DNA of 64,000 nucleotides from Mytilus edulis (Eukaryota): NCBI RefSeq assembly GCF_963676685.1, contig NC_092348.1, positions 5,022,001 to 5,086,000 of the forward strand, read 5' to 3'. Shown piece by piece: positions 58,801 to 64,000 of this stretch (position 1 is its first letter; each line of letters starts with the position of its first letter). The notes under the pieces were generated by a model. It saw only the letters and a program-made list of their open reading frames with translations, ran no database searches and was not told where the DNA came from. The position numbers and the translations under genes were made by a program.

Positions 58801-61439
58801 AAATCTTATCATACAAGTGAGAGGTTTAGCGCTATAAAACCAGGTTCAACCCACTGGTTCAACCCACCATTTTCTACATTTGAAAATGTCTGTACCAAGT
58901 CAGGACTATGACAGTTGTTGTCCATTCGTTTGATGTGTTTTGTCATTTGATTTTACCATTTGATTAGGGACTTTCCGTTTAGAATTTTCCTCAGAGTTCA
59001 GTATTTTTGTGATTTTACTTTATACATAAAAAAAGTTTCAAGGGCATCTTCTACAAAAATATTGATGAGAAAAAGATATTTTTATATATACTTTTCATGA
59101 AACAATTTTAAAAATTAAAATGGGGTAAGGACATAATCATGAAAAATAAATATATATCTAAAATGGCCAACTTCCCATAAGAACTTTTGCATGCCTATAC
59201 TTTCATTTCAATTCTTGAGAATTGGGATATTTCCCATATATGAAACGGGGAGAATATTTATATAAAATAGCTTAAACACAGGTGATAGAAATTGCATTTT
59301 TTCAAAATGACTACAAATTCCATGGGAAACTGAATTTCTACATTTCACAACAGGTTGTTGTTTTTAAACGTATTAATATATAGAAAATAATGAAAAATCA
59401 AATTAGCCCCCTCCATGTTAAACGTCAGAGTAAATATAAACAATCTGAAATACACACAGAAAATGAGAAAGTTTTCTGCAATATTGAAACGGACGATTGA
59501 CAACAGTAATTAAATAATATCCCCATGGAATTTCTCAGATTATCAAGTATTTAGCGTGATATCATGGACCATTTGTGTCAAATTTATGATGACAAAATAT
59601 TTCTTGTTGCACATTTTATGTCGTTTTGTATTACGTAATTCCAGAACTTGACGTCTTATTTCTATATGCTAAGATGTAGTCTTTAAAGAATTAATGAGGA
59701 AAACAGTCACTATAGAATGAGACGGTAGATTACGAGCTCTTATAACACTAGATACAACATGACAGCTCCAAACTTTGTGCTATTAGCGCAATTAAAAAAA
59801 ACTATACATTTTTATTCATTTTTTTCTACTAGCCTCATACATATTCAATTTTGCATGGGTTATATTTGAAGATTTATCCTCCAAAACAGATGCAAGTTTA
59901 GGTTTTAAATTGTTTGCTTTTTTTTTTATTTCTATATAACTTTTCTTGCTGCTTGAACTGTTACGAGCGGCTGATATTTTACAGGTAGAAAATTCGATAA
60001 TATATATATCGTGCTATTTCTAGCCCCCCTTTTCTAGGAAGTGTTTTTTGCTTGATTGTTTGTGTGAATAGTATATATATTCTAACAATATTTTAAGATC
60101 CATGTTGTCCTAACGAACATAATATGATAGTACCTTCGCTGATAAATTTTCCCTGCACATATTGACATTAATATTAAAGTGTTATGATTGGATAATAACA
60201 TATTAAAAAAACCAATAACAATATAAGAACATCGTGCAAGCATGATGGTAGTAAGCAAACTGAAGTTCTACGTTATGAAACATCATACATGTCAGTAAGA
60301 TTAAAAAAAAAAAATAACATGAATAACACTTTATCCGGTAAGGGCCGATTTTGGCCCAAATTTCAGGTTCATCCAACGAAAGATTTTGAACACTTTTTTA
60401 AAACACTTAAGTGTCTATTTCAATTGATTCAATTCGTTTAATGTGAAAGATTTTTACTGATTTAGTCATTAAAAACGCTCTGATTCAAGCTTAAATATGA
60501 AAAATCTATCCAATATGCAAAAAAACGTCACTTTTCAGATGGTTTTTGTCAAAAATGAAAGTGGCCGCATCCGTGTTCATCCTCAAGACCTCAACCTTTA
60601 TATATGTTATGTATTATCATCAAATACAATTTAGATTTCAATATTATGAATGAACACGAATGCGGCCACTTTCATATAAGACGGAAACCGTCTAAAATTT
60701 AACTAAAATGCTAAAATTTAGAAGATTTCAGAAATTTAGCATGACTTAATGATGCTACTACCCGATATATATGTGCATTGTATTGTCAAAAACAGCCCAT
60801 ATTTATGAAGCAGTAGCATTCTACTTTCCAGTAAATAGCTAAAAGATTACATTTTCACACTTTTGTAAAACTGCTATATTTTGGGGCCAAAAAGGGGTCT
60901 TACTGAACCTACTCCTTTACCTTCATGAGGAACACCTAAAACCAAATATTTGATAAGCCAGGGATGTTCAAGGGCGGAAACATCGAACGTATATATATAT
61001 ACATTGTATGTGAAAAAAAGAACCTGAAAATAATAGACAATATAAAAAAAGAGGATGTGGTATGATTGCCAATGAAACAACTCTCCACAAGAGACCAAAT
61101 GTCACATGACTTAACGTATAGGTCACCGTACGGCCTTCAATAATGAGCAAAGCCCATACCACATAGTCAGCAATAAAAGGACCCGAAATGACAAGTAAAA
61201 CAATTCTATGTAAGATGATGTCGTAGTAGTTAGCAAACTTGAGCAACATGTTCATTGTTATAGTAATATACACTTGTCTGTCAGATGTTATTCTAGATGA
61301 TAAACATACGTTTGGCAGACAAATCTTATTCATCTGTTTTTATATTAGCGGAATTAAAATGACAGTGATATAGAAAAACATCACATGATCAGTTGTTCTT
61401 TCAGATAAAGATCGATCAGGGGTTGATAGTAACACACAA

Positions 61440-64000
61440 CAGACACTCAGATGTGATAGAAGAAGACATTCGTCACTCAAATGAGAAGGTATAACCGACA
61501 ACCGTTACCCACATGTGATTAAAAAAGTCAACCGTCACTCATATGTGATAGAAACAGACAATCGTCATTCAGATGTGATAAAAATAGACACTTGTCAGTC
61601 AAATCGGATAGAAACAGACAACCGTCAGTCGGATGTGACAAAACCAGACAACCGTTTATCAGATGTGATAAAACAGACAACTATTAGTTAAATCGAATAG
61701 AAACAGACAACCGTCACTCAGATTTAATGAAACCAGAAAACGGCTAATCAGATGTGACCAAAACAGACAACCGTTAGTCAGAAATGACAGAATGAGATAG
61801 CCTTCAGTTAGATGTGATTGAAACAGATAACAGTCAATCAGATAACATAGAAACAGATTACAGGTAGTCAGATATGACAGAAAGAGACAACCGTCAGTTA
61901 GGTGTAATAAAAACAAATAACCGTCAGTCAGATGGATAGAAACAAACAACCGTCAGTCAGATGTGACAGAAGCAGATAACTGTCAATAAGATGTTCATAA
62001 ACAGAAACCCGTCAGTCAGATGTGATAGACACAGACAACCGTCAGTTAGATGTGACAGAAGCAGACAACTGTCAATAAGATGTTAATTAACAGACAACCG
62101 TAAGTCAGGTGTGATAGAACCAGATAACTGTCAGTCAGATGTGATAGAAACAGACAACCGTCAGTCTGATGTGATAGAAACAGGCACACGTCAGTCAGAT
62201 GTGACAGAAACAGACACACGTCAGTCAGATGTGACAGAAGCAGACAACTGTCAATAAGATGTTTATTAACAGACAACCGTAAGTCAAGTGTGATAGAACT
62301 AGATAACTGTCAGTCAGACGGGATAGAAACAGACACACGTCAGTCAGATGTGACAGAAACAGACAACCGTCAGTTAGATGTGACAGAAGCAGACAACTGT
62401 CAATAAGATGTTTATTAACAGACAACCGTAAGTCAGGTGTGATAGAACCAGATAACTGTCAGTCAGACGGGATAGAAACAGACACACGTCAGTCAGATGT
62501 GACAGAAACAGACACGCGTCAGTCAGATGTGACAGAAGCAGACAACTGTCAATAAGATGTTTATTAACAGACAACCGTAAGTCAGGTGTGATAGAACCAG
62601 ATAACTGTCAGTCAGATGTGATAGAAACAAACAACCGTCAGTCTGATGTGATAGAAACAGACACACGTTAGTCAGATGTGACAGAAACAGACACGCGTCA
62701 GTCAGATGTGACAGAAGCAGACAACTGTCAATAAGATGTTTATTAACAGACAACCGTAAGTCAAGTGTGATAGAACCAGATAACTGTCAGTCAGACGGGA
62801 TAGAAACAGACACACGTCAGTCAGATGTGACAGAAACAGACAACCGTCAGTTAGATGTGACAGAAGCAGACAACTGTCAATAAGATGTTTATTAACAGAC
62901 AACCGTAAGTCAGGTGTGATAGAACCAGATAACTGTCAGTCAGATGTGATAGAAACAGACAACCGTCACTCTGATGTGATAGAAACAGACACACGTCAGT
63001 CAGATGCGACAGAAGCAGACAACTGTCAATAAGATGTTTATTAACAGACAACCGTAAGTCAGGTGTGATAGAACCAGATAACTGTCAGTCAGACGGGATA
63101 GAAACAGACACACGTCAGTCTGATGTGACAGAAACAGACACGCGTCAGTCAGATGTTACAGAAGCAGACAACTGTCAATAAGATGTTTATTAACAGACAA
63201 CCGTAAGTCAGGTGAGATAGAACCAGATAACTGTCAGTCAGACGGGATAGAAACAGACACACGTCAGTCAGATGTGCCAGAAACAGACAACTGTCAGTTA
63301 GATGTGACAGAAGCAGACAACTGTCAATAAGATGTTTATTAACAGACAACCGTAAGTCAGGTGTGATAGAACCAGATAACTGTCAGTCAGACGAAGTCAG
63401 GTGTGATAGAACCAGATAACTGTCAGTCAGACGAAGTCAGGTGTGATAGAACCAGATAACTGTCAGTCAGACGGGATAGAAACAGACACACGTCAGTCAG
63501 ATGTGACAGAAACAGACACGCGTCAGTCAGATGTGACAGAAGCAGACAACTGTCAATAAGATGTTTATTAACAGACAACCGTAAGTCAGGTGTGATAGAA
63601 CCAGATAACTGTCAGTCAGATGTGATAGAAACAAACAACCGTCAGTCTGATGTGATAGAAACAGACACACGTCAGTCAGATGTGACAGAAGCAGACAACT
63701 GTCAATAAGATGTTTATTAACAGACAACCGTAAGTCAGGTGTGATAGAACCAGATAACTGTCAGTCAGACGGGTTACAAGCAGACACACGTCAGTCAGAT
63801 GTGACAGAAACAGACACCTGTCAGTCAGATGTGACAGAAGCAGACAACTGTCAATAAGATGTTTATTAACAGACAACCGTAAGTCAGGTGTGATAGAACC
63901 AGATAACTGTCAGTCAGAATGGAATAGAAACAGACACACGTCAGTCAGATGTGACAGAAACAGACAACCGTCAGTTAGATGTGACAGAAGCAGACAACTG
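61440..64000. repeat. 30-bp satellite with ~149/179-bp higher-order repeat
   Basis: Monomer CAGACAACCGTCAGTCAGATGTGATAGAAA. The variant monomer CTGTCAATAAGATGTTTATTAA recurs every 5-6 units; the array runs off the window. Confidence 0.92.

Noticed and set aside
61440-64000. CRISPR-like regularly spaced repeats and repeated ORFs
   Set aside because: No unique spacers, no cas genes and a eukaryotic context; the ORFs are translations of satellite DNA.

Overview
AT-rich animal genomic DNA. The repeat landscape (abundant 'GAAGATGTGGTATGATTGCCAATGAGACAAC' and 'AAGAGGGACGAAAGATACC' interspersed repeats) resembles a bivalve such as Mytilus; this is an inference. Positions 1-~15993 hold most of an endogenous Polinton/Maverick (adintovirus-like) virus. 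It encodes an integrase, minor and major capsid proteins, an adenain-like protease, a packaging ATPase and a protein-primed DNA polymerase B. The polymerase gene is interrupted by two exact phase-0 spliceosomal introns. The right terminus (...ACTACT) is present and the left terminus lies outside the window. The most striking part is an accessory block inside the element. It contains a spliced terminal exon encoding a GADD34/ICP34.5/DP71L-type PP1-eIF2alpha phosphatase-recruiting domain (only partly captured by the ORF track), a CARD-PC4-PC4 fusion and a membrane-anchored PC4-like protein. A small toxin-like RNase candidate lies further along. Downstream is a nested retroelement cluster: a Penelope-like element with two hammerhead ribozymes, a LINE 3' end, and a chromodomain Gypsy fragment with an inverted LTR tip. 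Two IS3EU-type fold-back DNA transposons with TATGG..CCATA ends and 6-bp TSDs follow (3.2 kb and 18.1 kb), along with many MITEs/SINEs and a 30-bp satellite at the right end. No host protein-coding gene could be supported.
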